Source: Octopus sinensis (Eukaryota). Taken from it: a DNA stretch of 56,734 nucleotides. Numbering within the stretch: position 1 is the stretch's first letter; every line of letters begins with the position of its first letter. A model generated the notes under the pieces. The model did no database searches and was not told the origin of the DNA. It saw nothing but the letters and a program-made list of their open reading frames with translations. The stretch covers positions 1 through 56,734 of the forward strand of contig NW_021833656.1 in assembly GCF_006345805.1 (NCBI RefSeq), given 5' to 3'. A program made the position numbers and the translations under genes. Positions 13,078 through 25,958 of the stretch are shown here, in pieces.

Positions 13078-13420
13078 GTGGAGGAGCATGGCTCAGTGGT
13101 TAGATCGTCGGCTCACAATCATGAGGTGGTGAGTTCGATTCCAGAATCTGGCTGTGTGTTGTGTTCTTGAGCAAAACACTTTATTTCACGTTGCTCCAGC
13201 TCACTCATGTGTAGAAATGACTTGCGTCGTCAATGCTACCAAGCTGTATCGGCCCCTTTGCCTTTCTCTTGGTTAACATCAGTGGCGTGGATAGGTGAAG
13301 CTGGTATTTAAGGGCGACTGCTGCCCTTCCAGAAACAATCTTGCCCGCACTTGTACCTCAGAGGGGAAGTTTTTAGGTGCAATCTCATGGGCATTCTTGA
13401 CCGAAGGGGCTCTTCACCTT
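13078..13420 (+). mobile_element. tRNA-derived SINE
   Basis: A box tggctcagtgg, B box gagttcgattcc, followed by ttatttcacgttgctccag central segment. Confidence 0.8.
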
Positions 13421-13792
13421 TTAACCTTATTAAGTAACAGATTAAAATAAAGAACTTTATCTATCAAACCTTTTTACTGAAATTCTGAAATGTGACGTGA
13501 AACAAAAGAAAAGAACTAGCCACGTTGTCATTGCTTGGCTCAACATGTCGACAAGATATTTACCTTCCTACGAGACATGGCAAAATTGCACCCAAAGCTC
13601 TCTGCAGGAATATAACCGAGGCACGTTAATGAGTATAAAAGAGGCATTAGTACAGGATGCGGAAGAAAGGCTGCCCCAATATCGAAGGTAAAAAAAAACA
13701 CAAACACATGAAGTTGCATGAAAAAAACTTGTCATTTATTGAACTTCATAGAAATACATTTCTTTTTCTGTATCAGGTAGTTCCCACCATTA

Positions 13793-14162
13793 AGGCGGTG
13801 ATTTGGCGGAAACGTTAGCGCGCCAGGTGAAATGCTCTGAGTTCAAATTCCGCCGAGGTCGACTTTGACTTTCATCCTTTCGGGGTTGATAAATTAAGCA
13901 CCAGTTACGCACTGGGGTCGATATAATCGACTTAATCCGTTCGTCTGTTCTTGTTTGTCCCCTCTGTGTTTAGCCACTTGTGGGTGGTAAAGAAATAGGT
14001 ATTTCGTCTGTCTTTACGTTCTGAGTTCAAATTCAGCCGAGGTCGATTTTGCCTTTTATCCTCCCAGGTTCGATAAATTAAGTACCAGTTGGGTACTGGG
14101 GGTCGATCTAATCGACTGGCCCTCTCCCCAAAATTTCGAGCCTTGGGCCTAGGGTAGAAAAG
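13793..14162 (+). mobile_element. Dimeric 184-bp-unit SINE
   Basis: Head aggcggtga..., junction aaagaaataggtatttcg at 13989-14006, tail gggcctagggtagaaaag. Confidence 0.8.
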
Positions 14163-14903
14163 GTAATACCCACCATAGCCTGGGGTGGAGAGCATAATTT
14201 CTTTCTTGTATCTTCATGTTTTTCATTAACCTTTGAAATCGGAGCAACTTTTCTGCCACACACTGTATATACATTCTCTGCGGCACAAAGCTAGAAGTTT
14301 TGAGTGGAGTGGAAGACAGTTAACTCTCGATCCCAGTGCTCAACTGTTGGTTATTCTATCGATCTTTAAAGCATCAAAGGCAGAGTTGGCCTCGGCGGAA
14401 TTTGAATCGAAAGCGGCAGAATAGTCAGTAAGCCTACTGACCGGCATTTTGACGGTCAAAACTGTCAACACGCCAGTTTAAAAGTTTATATGAAATGAAA
14501 ACTAGAATACTTACCTTCAAAACTTAAGGAATATAATTGGAATATCGAAGTTGTAATAAAACTCTTAGACAGGAGTAAAAGTAAAAGAATTGCTATTATT
14601 TCCATGGGACAGAAGGTTAAACATTACACTCCTTCGCCTAAAGTGAGACTGACGAATGTATCTGTGGCAAACGACTGCTAAATCAGCAATTCGCTATTTT
14701 GGCGTATATACTTTGATTTGTTTTTGGTGGTAAGTAGCTTACTTACCAACCAAAAATGCCCTGTTGATGATACTGAAATTCCAATGAAGGAGTCTTGGAT
14801 CTAGGTTAGAAACCAGCTCTTTCTCTATTGGCAAGAAATCTTGAAATGAACTGAATAATGACATACATATATACATACATGAATATATGTATATACATGC
14901 ACG

Positions 14904-14953
<50 letters not shown>

Positions 14954-15023
14954 CTATCTCTCTCTCTCTATATATATGTATATATATTCATATACAAGTA
15001 CACACATATAATACAGACCTATA

Positions 15024-15098
<75 letters not shown>

Positions 15099-15493
15099 AA
15101 AGATATATGCGCGAGTGCATGTATGTATTTTTGTGTGTGAGTATGTATGAAGTCAGCGATTTCATATAAGAAGCCTGATATGAACTTAATAATGAAAACC
15201 TGTACAATCTGTGCCTGGTCAGGATCTCGGGGACTACACCGGAAACTGCGTCATGCTGGCTTGTCCCCACGCTGTGGGATTAGAAGCAAAAATAAAGAAT
15301 GATCTGTCAAAAGGGAAATGAATTAAGCAGGCCCAAGTTCTATTTCAAAAATGTATATATAAAGTTTTTAAGCCGATGCTCCAGCATGGCCAGAGTCAAA
15401 TGACTGAAACCTGTATAAGGAAGTAAAGGAATACATGCATACGTACATACATATTACATATATATGTATATATATATATTGTGTGTATGTGTG

Positions 15494-15592
<99 letters not shown>

Positions 15593-17290
15593 CTTAGAAT
15601 AACTTAGAAAGGTTTTTGGCCAGTATTGGCCCAGGCCATGTCTAACTTAATAGCACCACCTGGCGAAGTCTTTCAGTTCAGGATTTGGGCACCAAGGCCA
15701 TTCGAGCAGAGAGTTATTGTTTGCGGAGACATATCCGGGTGTGGGTGGTTTGTCTGGTACTGTTTGAAGGAATTTGTCCAAAGACTTCTTGAATTTTGTG
15801 TGGTCAGTTTCTTTTTTGACGTGTCCTGGTGTAATGTTGAAGAGAGCGGGTCAATTGAGGTGAAATAGTTGTGCCGTATTGTCGTTATGTGATGCGATTT
15901 AGATTTTTGTTGTGGACGGATGGAACGTGGTCCAAGCCTTGGATGCATTTTGAAGGTGATGCCAACATCATTCGGACAGTGCTGATGGAATATTTTCCAC
16001 ATCATACAGATAATGTAGCGTTCACGGCGTCGTTGGAGTGAATACAATTTCAGCTTCTCTAGTCTACCCCAGTAGTCAAGGTCTGACATGCCATCTATCT
16101 TTTTTGTGATTGACCTTTGGGGAGCTTCAATTCTCATAATATTTTGTTTTGTGTAGGGAGACCACAGTGGACAGCAGTATTCAAGGTGGGGTCGGGCAAA
16201 AGTGGAGAAGAGAAGGATAATAGCGTGGGAATCTCTCGACTGGAAGGTAAGTACACATATATAATACAGACCTATACGTATGCATATATTATGTATACGT
16301 ATGCATACGTATAGGTCTGTATTATATATGTGTACTTGTATATGAATATATATATATATATAGATAGATAGATAGATAGATAGAGAGATAGAGAGAGAGA
16401 ATGCATGCATGTATATACATATATTCATGTATGTATATCTGTATGTCATTATTCAGTTCATTTCAAGATTTCTTGCCAATAGAGAAAGAGCTGGTTTCTA
16501 ACCTAGATCCAAGACTCCTTCATTGGAATTTCAGTATCATCAACAGGGCATTTTTGGTTGGTAAGTAAGCTACTTACCACCAAAAACAAATCAAAGTATA
16601 TACGCCAAAATAGCGAATTGCTGATTTAGCAGTCGTTTGCCACAGATACATTCGTCAGTCTCACTTTAGGCGAAGGAGTGTAATGTTTCACCTTCTGTCC
16701 CATGGAAATAATAGCAATTCTTTTACTTTTACTCCTGTCTAAGAGTTTTATTACAACTTCGATATTCCAATTATATTCCTTAAGTTTTGAAGGTAAGTAT
16801 TCTAGTTTTCATTTCATATAAACTTTTAAACTGGCGTGTTGACAGTTTTGACCGTCAAAATGCCGGTTTCGATTCAAATTCCGCCGAGGCCAACTCTGCC
16901 TTTGATGCTTTAAAGATCGATAGAATAACCAACAGTTGAGCACTGGGATCGAGAGTTAACTGTCTTCCACTCCACTCAAAACTTCTAGCTTTGTGCCGCA
17001 GAGAATGTATATACAGGGTGTGGCAGAAAAGTTGCTCCGATTTCAAAGGTTAATGAAAAACATGAAGATACAAGAAAGAAATTATGCTCTCCACCCCAGG
17101 CTATGGTGGGTATTACCTTTTCTACCCTAGGCCCAAGGCTCGAAATTTTGGGGAGAGGGCCAGTCGATTAGATCGACCCCCAGTACCCAACTGGTACTTA
17201 ATTTATCGAACCTGGGAGGATAAAAGGCAAAATCGACCTCGGCTGAATTTGAACTCAGAACGTAAAGACAGACGAAATACCTATTTCTTT
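13989..17290. repeat. ~1-kb inverted duplication (arms 13989-15025 and 16308-17290)
   Basis: Arms are reverse complements with a few substitutions, microsatellite length differences and a 28-bp indel (14413-14440); the ORF track gives mirrored near-identical peptides. Confidence 0.95.
15591..16248 (-). mobile_element. 5'-truncated CR1-type LINE 3' end
   Basis: RPHLEYCCPLWSPYTKQNIMRIEAPQRSITKKIDGMSDLDYWGRLEKLKLYSLQRRRER thumb motif; 3' terminus ttctaagttattctaagtt then (TA)n. Confidence 0.85.
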
Positions 17291-17460
17291 ACTACTCCCA
17301 ATGGGCTACACACAGAGAGAACAAACAAGAACAGACAAACGGATTAAGTCGATTATATCGAACCCAGTGCGTAGCTGGTACTTATTTAACCGACCCCGAA
17401 AGGATGAAAGTCAAAGTCAACCTCGGTGGAATTTGAACTTAGAACGTAGCGGCTGACGAA
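17100..17460 (-). mobile_element. Multimeric 184-bp-unit SINE
   Basis: Mirror of 13845-14162; junction at 17273-17290. Confidence 0.8.
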
Positions 17461-17471
17461 ATACTTGTCAC

Positions 17472-17602
17472 TTGGGGCTAAATTACAGCAACATTTGTCC
17501 TAAACCAGGTTTGCCATGTTATGTTGACAAACAATCTTTACTCCAAAGTACTATTGCTGAATATCTCTCATTGTGAGATTTAAAAATGGTAATTTTCAGA
17601 GT
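17472..17602. repeat. Solo arm of the foldback element seen at 54478-54872
   Basis: tggggctaaattacagcaacatt...gccatgttatgttgac matches 54800-54872 and the reverse complement of the left arm. Confidence 0.75.
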
Positions 17603-17854
17603 TAGAATAATTTGGTGAGACGTTGCGGTGAACTCGAGAAGTTGAGCAGCGAATTTAGAACTGAGAACATTGGGCTCCACATCAAATTTAACGCAAGATT
17701 AAGATAAATAGAAAGTTACTATTATGCTCTAGTGTTGCAATGGTGTTTTGCATTCCCGTGGTCCCAGTGACGAAAGAGAAAAAGAAAACAAAAACAAATA
17801 GAAGCTAAAGCAATGATATAGTTGACAACTAAGGATGATGATGAAAATGGTGGC

Positions 17855-17902
<48 letters not shown>

Positions 17903-18175
17903 GATGATGATGTTGGTGTTGGTGATTATGGCTGCGGTGTTGATGAAATCGACTGAGGAATATCATCGCCTTCTCTTCGCCTTAAATGATATTTCGTTTT
18001 CTATTTATTTCTGATACCAATCTTGAACTTTGCAATTTATACACAATAGAAATGTAAGAATTCAAGCGCCAGACTTTTCGCAGTGGAAAAAGAAAAAAAA
18101 AGACAAAAAAAACAAGGAAAATAAAAATAAAAATAAAAATGAAAAAGGCAAAAGCAACACCAACAAAAAAGATGA

Positions 18176-18253
<78 letters not shown>

Positions 18254-18268
18254 TATTATAATAATAAC

Positions 18269-18300
<32 letters not shown>

Positions 18301-18617
18301 CAATGATAGTAAAAATAACATCAAATAACATTGCTCTGATTTTTCTTCGCAATCTTTACATTTTTCATATTTCTCCTTTCTGCAAATATATTTATTATGT
18401 ATATCTATGTTTCTATATTTTTATATTTTTGGTATTCATTGTTATTGTTATTATTACCGAGCATCAATATAATGCATATTATTATCAATGCTATTATGCG
18501 AGAAATCATCATCGGCATCGTGGCTGCTAAAATTATCAGGTACCATCACCACCGCCATTATCATCATGATCATCATCATCATTATTATTGGTATTGTTGT
18601 TGTTATTATTATTATTA

Positions 18618-18653
<36 letters not shown>

Positions 18654-18668
18654 TCTTATTATTATAAA

Positions 18669-18705
<37 letters not shown>

Positions 18706-18752
18706 ACTATTATTACTATTATTATTATTATTATTAATATTACTATTATTAC

Positions 18753-18788
<36 letters not shown>

Positions 18789-18960
18789 TATTATTATTAT
18801 TATTATTACTATTATTGTTGTTGTTGTTGTTGTTGTTATTATTAATTGTTTTCCTGACTTGCCACTTACTTTATCTTTTGATAGTAGAAAATTAGATGTG
18901 AAAACTATTTCATCATCACCACCATCATCATCATCATCATCGTCATTATCAGCATTAATA

Positions 18961-18990
<30 letters not shown>
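17855..18990. repeat. Trinucleotide microsatellites (GAT)n, (AAT)n, (ATT)n, (CAT)n
   Basis: Directly visible; source of poly-I/N/D ORFs. Confidence 0.9.
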
Positions 18991-18991
<1 letters not shown>

Positions 18992-19224
18992 CATTATTAC
19001 GATTTTTTTTTATCACAAACAGGGAGGAAAAAAATCTTTCTAGTTAGGTTATTTATATTCCATGAGGCTTTTTAAAAGTATTTTTCTTTAGTTTTTTTGT
19101 GGGTAGATGGGGGTAGCGATGGGGGTTCAATCTGGTTTCCTTTAATTGTTTTCTTTACCCCACCTTCACTTTACACTCTTCAAAGTTGTTATTGCATCGT
19201 CTGTTTAGATATTTAGGTAACAAA

Positions 19225-19280
19225 CATACATCTAGATACATATATATATAAATACATACATATATATATGTATATATATA

Positions 19281-19320
<40 letters not shown>

Positions 19321-19450
19321 TATGTATATATATAATATATATAAATACATACATATAAATATGTATGTATATATATCCATATATATGTACATACATATAT
19401 ATATATATACATAAATATATACATATATACCTAGATAATACATATGTGTG

Positions 19451-19490
<40 letters not shown>

Positions 19491-19563
19491 TACATACACA
19501 CATAGACAAATGTCTATGCATATCTTTCAATAACAATATTAATATATATATAATATATATATG

Positions 19564-19643
<80 letters not shown>

Positions 19644-19978
19644 GTATATATATGCCTCAGTATTTTTTTATCTACATACATACGAGAAAATACGTCTATC
19701 GATATCCGTATTTAAACATACACATAAGTGTACATGCATACACACACACGCGCCAAAACATACACACTGAAACATTATATACACATATGTATATATTTGG
19801 CAGGACACACCCTGCCCCTCCACCACATCTCTATCTTCTCATGGTTCTATCACCTTTCATTTTATGTGATTAGCTACTTCATAGCTGAGAAATATTCCCA
19901 TTTGCAATCTGCTTGTTAACCCTACGTATAGCATTGATCTATTTATCAGCTATATACACTTCTTTACGTACACAAAAC

Positions 19979-20013
<35 letters not shown>

Positions 20014-20028
20014 CATATACGTATACGT

Positions 20029-20069
<41 letters not shown>

Positions 20070-20982
20070 TATACATATATATACATATATACATATATAC
20101 ATATATATATATATGTATGTATCCATATATATATACACATATTACACACACACATATATATATGTATATGTCAGTCACACACAGAAGCATAGATAGTAAA
20201 TGAATACTTATTTATTGTATTTATTACGCTACAATATTTGTTTCTACGCCGTGTGTATATATATGTACAAATAAGTGTAAGCATCTATACGTGTATACGC
20301 ATACATATATATATATATATAATACATATATAAGTAATTATTTACACAAGTCAACATATCTTTGTTTCTAATATATAATATACACACATAGTCATACAAA
20401 CGCAGTCGTAAACACCCATGTACATATGCAGCACATGTATGAATATCAACACACTTATGTTAGTTGCTAGTTTCCTTATTCTATGTCTATACACATGCCT
20501 TCTTTGCACAGACATACTCATAGCTATACAGTAGAAAGAGACAGTCGATTTCGTGTCCTATCTCTTGTAGGAGATTATTTGTTAAATCATACATATATAC
20601 ATACATGTATATATATAATATACATATATATATATATATATACATATATATTTACATATATATTTACATATGTATTTATATATATATATATACATATGTA
20701 TTTATATATATATATATACATATATATTTATATGTATATGCATATCTATATATATATATACATATGTATTTATATATATATATATATATATATACATATG
20801 TTTATATATATATATGTACATATGTATTTATATATATATATATACATATGTATTTATATATATATATATATATATACATATGTATTTATATATATATATA
20901 CATATGTATTTATATATATATATATGTATATTTATATATATGTATCTTTATATATATGTATATATGTATGTATATATATAGC

Positions 20983-21020
<38 letters not shown>

Positions 21021-21354
21021 TATATATATATATATGCACATATATATATATATGTGAATACAAATATGGTGGATTGTAGATATGTGTAAATAATAATCAA
21101 TTATTGGTATACGAAAATTGATTCAATTATCTTATACCAAGATATACACACCCTTATATACACTCTCTTTTTATACACATATACACACAAGCCCACACAC
21201 TGTCACAACCACACAGATACGCAGGTAGATATAGAGACCATGTATATAACTATATTATATATACACACGTACACGCATAAACACATAAGTCTGTGAATAT
21301 ATATATGTTTATATATACACACACACACACATATGTATACACGCACACACACAC

Positions 21355-21415
<61 letters not shown>

Positions 21416-21419
21416 GTAT

Positions 21420-21467
<48 letters not shown>

Positions 21468-21695
21468 ATATATATATACATATATATTTATAAACGCACA
21501 CATATGATATATATACATATTTAGATTCAATTATAAGTGTAGAAAAACATACGTAGTTATCCGCGTAGAATAATGCGCAAGTGTGTCTGTGTGTGCGTGT
21601 ATATGCATACACATATATATATATATCTTTTTGTATAAGTATATATATATTTATATATATACATACACACATATATGTATATATCTATGTATAAG

Positions 21696-21727
<32 letters not shown>

Positions 21728-21984
21728 TATATATATGTGTATGTTATGTGTATATATTATGTATATATATATATACATCATGTATATATCGTATATTCAT
21801 TTGTATCATAACAAAACGCAGTTACAAATATCAATGTTTTATAAAGACATACTAGCATATATATTTGTACACACGTGTGTTTGTGTGTGTGCGTATGTGT
21901 ATATAGAAACACGTTTTTCTCGCTGTAACTCTCTGTCTCCACTATATACATACATATATACATACATACTTACATAAATAAATA

Positions 21985-22024
<40 letters not shown>

Positions 22025-22043
22025 ATATATCTATATATATATT

Positions 22044-22077
<34 letters not shown>

Positions 22078-22085
22078 TATATATA

Positions 22086-22131
<46 letters not shown>

Positions 22132-22170
22132 TATATATATAATATATATATATATATATGTAATAATATT
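19225..22170. repeat. Extended (TA)n-rich microsatellite domain, including a higher-order catatgtattt(at)n array at ~20650-20930
   Basis: Directly visible. Confidence 0.9.
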
Positions 22171-22494
22171 TATATAGATATACGTACATAATTTACGTCA
22201 GCGATTTATGGAAAAAAAGTCTCATCGAATACGCGTTCTCTTCCTCGAATATAATCACACCGAAATAGATTTATACATCTATATATCTCTAGCTATACAC
22301 ACACACCCACACACATACAGACTCACACACACACGCGTGCACACACATAAGAACACATGAACAAAGGTTTTTATCTCTATTCTTATAGATATTTCCACTC
22401 AATAAAGATAGTTGAGAATTAATCACTGAAAAAGTAGGTATCAAGCCTAATTAGTTTTCTATAAACTTTTCTGACTAATATTTCTTTTCAGTAG

Positions 22495-23345
22495 AAATTG
22501 CGTCTGCGCTGAGATAGTGATAATTGAAGTGGCGGTGACGGCGATAGTGTCAGGGGCGGTGGAAGCGGGGTGCTGGGGTGGTGGAGGCAATCGCGATAAC
22601 GTATAGGACGTTGGTTCGAGTAGCGATTGTGTTGTGTAAGGTTTGTGAGAATGGAGGCAATTTTATACGGAATTAATGGCGGAGGTTTGGTGTATAAATT
22701 TTGGGTGGAGTTTTTGCGATATATTGAGGTTGTGTGAGTGTTGGTAGTGCGATATGGAATTTGAGTGATGGTAGGATTTGTTTGAAGTTCCTTGAGTCGA
22801 GGTTGTTCTACGAGTAGGTAAACCGAAGAGGAGTTTCAGTGGAAGGAAACCTTTAACAGAGCTGAACAGCAGGAGGTCTTCAGAGAAGAAACCCTTCCTC
22901 AGGCAACTGCTTCGGCCCTTAACGCCTTACATTCTAAGGTAGCCGGGCCGCATCCAGATCATGACTCCGGAGTACTCTTATGTTGACACGTTTTAGTCAC
23001 TTAGGGAGATTATTTGAGTAACAGTAGTTGAAATTTGAGTGGAGCTAGAGGTCTTTTAAGATTCGTTGGGTGAAGGTTGTGGTAAGAGTAGGTAAAATCG
23101 AGGCGAGTAGCAGTAGGAGAAGTGTTTTAAGATGATGTAGAGAGATATGGAATTAATTTGAGAGGAAGTAAAGATATGTGGAATTTGTTGAGGATGAAAT
23201 ATACGGAGTGAGGTAATATGGCGGTATCGTTACGTTGAGTCGAAGAAGTATATTTTGTTTGTGTTTTGGGGAAGCTTGTGGAAACTGGAGCTTGTGTGAT
23301 TGGAGATAAAAATATGTAAAGCTTGTTTGAGTTGAAGCATCGTCT
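22495..23345 (-). mobile_element. Highly decayed Penelope-like RT remnant
   Basis: Minus-strand frames give LRFT and TTNTHTTSIYRKNSTQNLYT...KIASILTNL, resembling PLE IKFT...TTSIYRKPTHTNLY; many disruptions. Confidence 0.4.
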
Positions 23346-23353
23346 ATGGAGTC

Positions 23354-23535
23354 GAGGCGGCCACCTGGCAGAATGGTTAGCACGCCGGACAAAATGCTTA
23401 GCGGCATTTCGTCCGTCTTTACCTCCTGAGTTCAAATTCTGCCGAGGTCTACTTTGCTTTTCATCCTTTTGGGGTTGAGAAAGTAAATACCAGTTGAACA
23501 GTTGTGGGGGGGTAACGTAATCGACTTGCCCCTCC
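23354..23535 (+). mobile_element. Monomeric SINE of the 184-bp-unit family
   Basis: Head gaggcggccacctggcagaatggttagcacgccgg; core ctttcatccttttgggg. Confidence 0.75.
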
Positions 23536-23617
23536 TACTAATATGGAGTGTGCGTACGTGTGCGTGCGCGCACGCGCATGCGTACTTGTATGTGTGTGAG
23601 TCTGAATGGTGGTACTA

Positions 23618-24166
23618 CGAGGGTGAGTCAAAAAGTAATGCCATTTTGTTTAGGACAGGTATAATTACCAACACATTGGAATATGTATCATACATACAAA
23701 ATGAAGCTGGTCCTCTGTGGATCACATACCTACTTCTAAACATAGTCACCGTTTCTCTCAATAGCAATGTTCTACCTTTGAATGAGAGCATGTATCCCTA
23801 CCTTGTAACATTCTGTTGATTGTTCTTTGAGCCACTTCTTCACCACAGTTTTCACTTCCTTGTCAGACTATGATCTCTTCGGCCCCATGAAAGAGGATTT
23901 GAGAGGTAAACACTATTCCAGTGATGAGGAAGGGAAAACTGTAGTGAAGAAGTGGCTCAAAGAACAGTCAACAGCATTTTACGTGGCAGGGATACATGCT
24001 CTCATTCGAAGGTGGAACATTGCTATTGAGAGAAACGATGACTATGTTGAGAAGTAGGGATGTGATCCACAGAGGACCAGCTTCATTTTGATGTATGATA
24101 CATGTTCCTGTGTTGGTAATTATACCTGTCCTAAACAAAACGGCATTACTTTTTGACTCACCCTCG
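23618..24166. mobile_element. Palindromic mariner-derived MITE with ~240-bp TIRs and TA TSD
   Basis: Arms 23618-23860 and 23927-24166; TA at 23616-17 and 24167-68; spacer plus right arm encode SDYDLFGPMKEDLRGKHYSSDEE...RWNIAIERNDDYVEK*, a mariner transposase C-terminus. Confidence 0.9.
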
Positions 24167-24264
24167 TAGTATGTGGTGTTTGCAAGTTGTTGGTGGTCGG
24201 TAGAATTAGATTGAGTGAAAGTTATAGCATGTGGAGTTTCCTCCTCTAGAAATTATATTAGGTG

Positions 24265-24691
24265 TTCTGTTGTGTCTGAGGAGAGTCATTTTCTTTTTGT
24301 GCCTTACACTCACCGACAACATTTCTACTTTTTTTCTTATTTTTATTGTCCTAAACTTTTCATTGCATCTTGTGTTATGCAACTATGTACCATGTTTGTA
24401 TGTATAGATGTGCATCTTTATATGTGTGTGGATCTGTGGATCCATATGTATCTGTTCATATAGTATATATATCTATCCGTCTGTATATTGATCTGTTTAT
24501 TTACATATCTATATGCTTACATACAGAAACAAAAGGGAATGCAGTGTAAATAACAGACAGAGTCAAAACTATTGAAAAGGTTGCAATACGCAATAAAAAT
24601 TTTAGGACAATAAAAATAAGAAAAAAAAGTAGAAACTTTAACGGTGAGTGTAAGGCACAAAAAGAAAATGACTCTCCCCAGACACAACAGA
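24265..24691. repeat. Inverted pair of a ~100-bp repeat (24265-24366 and 24590-24691)
   Basis: ttctgttgtgtctgaggagagtcattttctttttgtgccttacactcacc and its reverse complement, roughly 90% identical by eye. Confidence 0.8.
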
Positions 24692-25345
24692 ATATGCTTC
24701 AACACACGAACTCATATAAACAATCTTGCAAACCAAATCCAAAAACGAAATATATTATGTGTTGTTAGTTATAAATAAGTAGTGACCGGTAAAGTTTGTT
24801 TCAATGGAGGCGGTCGTCTGTGAAGAATGCCCTACATTAAAGTAGAGTCATAACTAACACTGTTGTTTAAACCCTGGCATCATCCCTGACTGAATAGATC
24901 TATGACAAAGCGCAGTCCAGCCAAAAATAAAATACCGATTTCTTTTTTGAATGCCATCAAAATTCAGAACTTCATTACCCAGTGTCTGATTGTGGGGATT
25001 GACTTAATGGGGGATTTATCTCCTAACAAAATTCCGTCCAGGGACAACGTAGAGGTTTTCTCATTGAGCCTTAATGTATGGTTTGATTGAGGGGTGAGAC
25101 ATTTCTGCTTTGGAGAAAGTGGCGTGGTCTGAATATATATTAATTGAGGAAGAGCAGAGTGTGGGTCAGGAGAATCATAGAGAGGCATTATGGGTAATAA
25201 ATGATGCAATATAAAGTGGGATGATGGAGGTTGTAGTGTAGAGAATTCACTGTGAGGAATGGTAAGCACAGTACATTTGACTAAAGGTGGTGGATATGAA
25301 AAAAATTGAAGTGGTGCTGTGTATAGAGGTTGTAAATGTAGAGAC

Positions 25346-25662
25346 GCGTGGCTTATGATTAAAGGTATTGGGACCACGATCGAAAGGTTGTGAGTTCGAT
25401 TTCCGGGTGGTGCGCTGTGTCCTTAAGCAAGACAATTTATTTCACATTTCTCTAGTCCATTCAGCTAGTATAAATATGTTGCACCTGCGATTCAAAGGGC
25501 CAGCCTGGTCACATCCTGTGTCACGCTGAATCTCTCTGAGAACTACGTTAAGAGCTCGCGCGTCTCTGGAGTACTCAGCCAATTGCACGTTAATTTCCCA
25601 AGCAGGCTGTTCTGTTGATCGGATCAAATGGAATACTTGCCGTAATAACCGACGGAGTGCCA
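25346..25662 (+). mobile_element. tRNA-derived SINE
   Basis: B box gagttcgattt; 3' end aaccgacggagtgcca shared with the 1246 copy. Confidence 0.75.
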
Positions 25663-25958
25663 GTGGATGGAAAGGTAGTGCTGTACATAGAGATTATTAA
25701 AGTGGTGAGCTAGATGCTATATTTTATTAGGTCACGGCATTTATGGAAATTCTTCAACAATGATCAGGGGCAGTCGCGCATTCACAGGCACGTCCTTCCA
25801 CAGTTCTTTCTTGACAAACCTTCACCTTGTGGATCAAACGAATAACAAGTTTTGGCGACTGGGAACTATAACGAAGAATTAGGCTCGACGAGAACGAACA
25901 GTCTCTCTACTCTGTGCTGGGGATATTATTCTTAGAATTATATACTTTTATCATTATT

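Noticed and set aside
13497-13691. 64-aa ORF ending near a possible donor (cgaag/gtaaaa)
   Set aside because: No upstream acceptor and no recognisable homology.
24560-24625. Atypical hammerhead-like motif ttgaaaag-gttgc..gcaa
   Set aside because: GAAA is absent (taaaa) and I found no stem I partner; at most a decayed relic.
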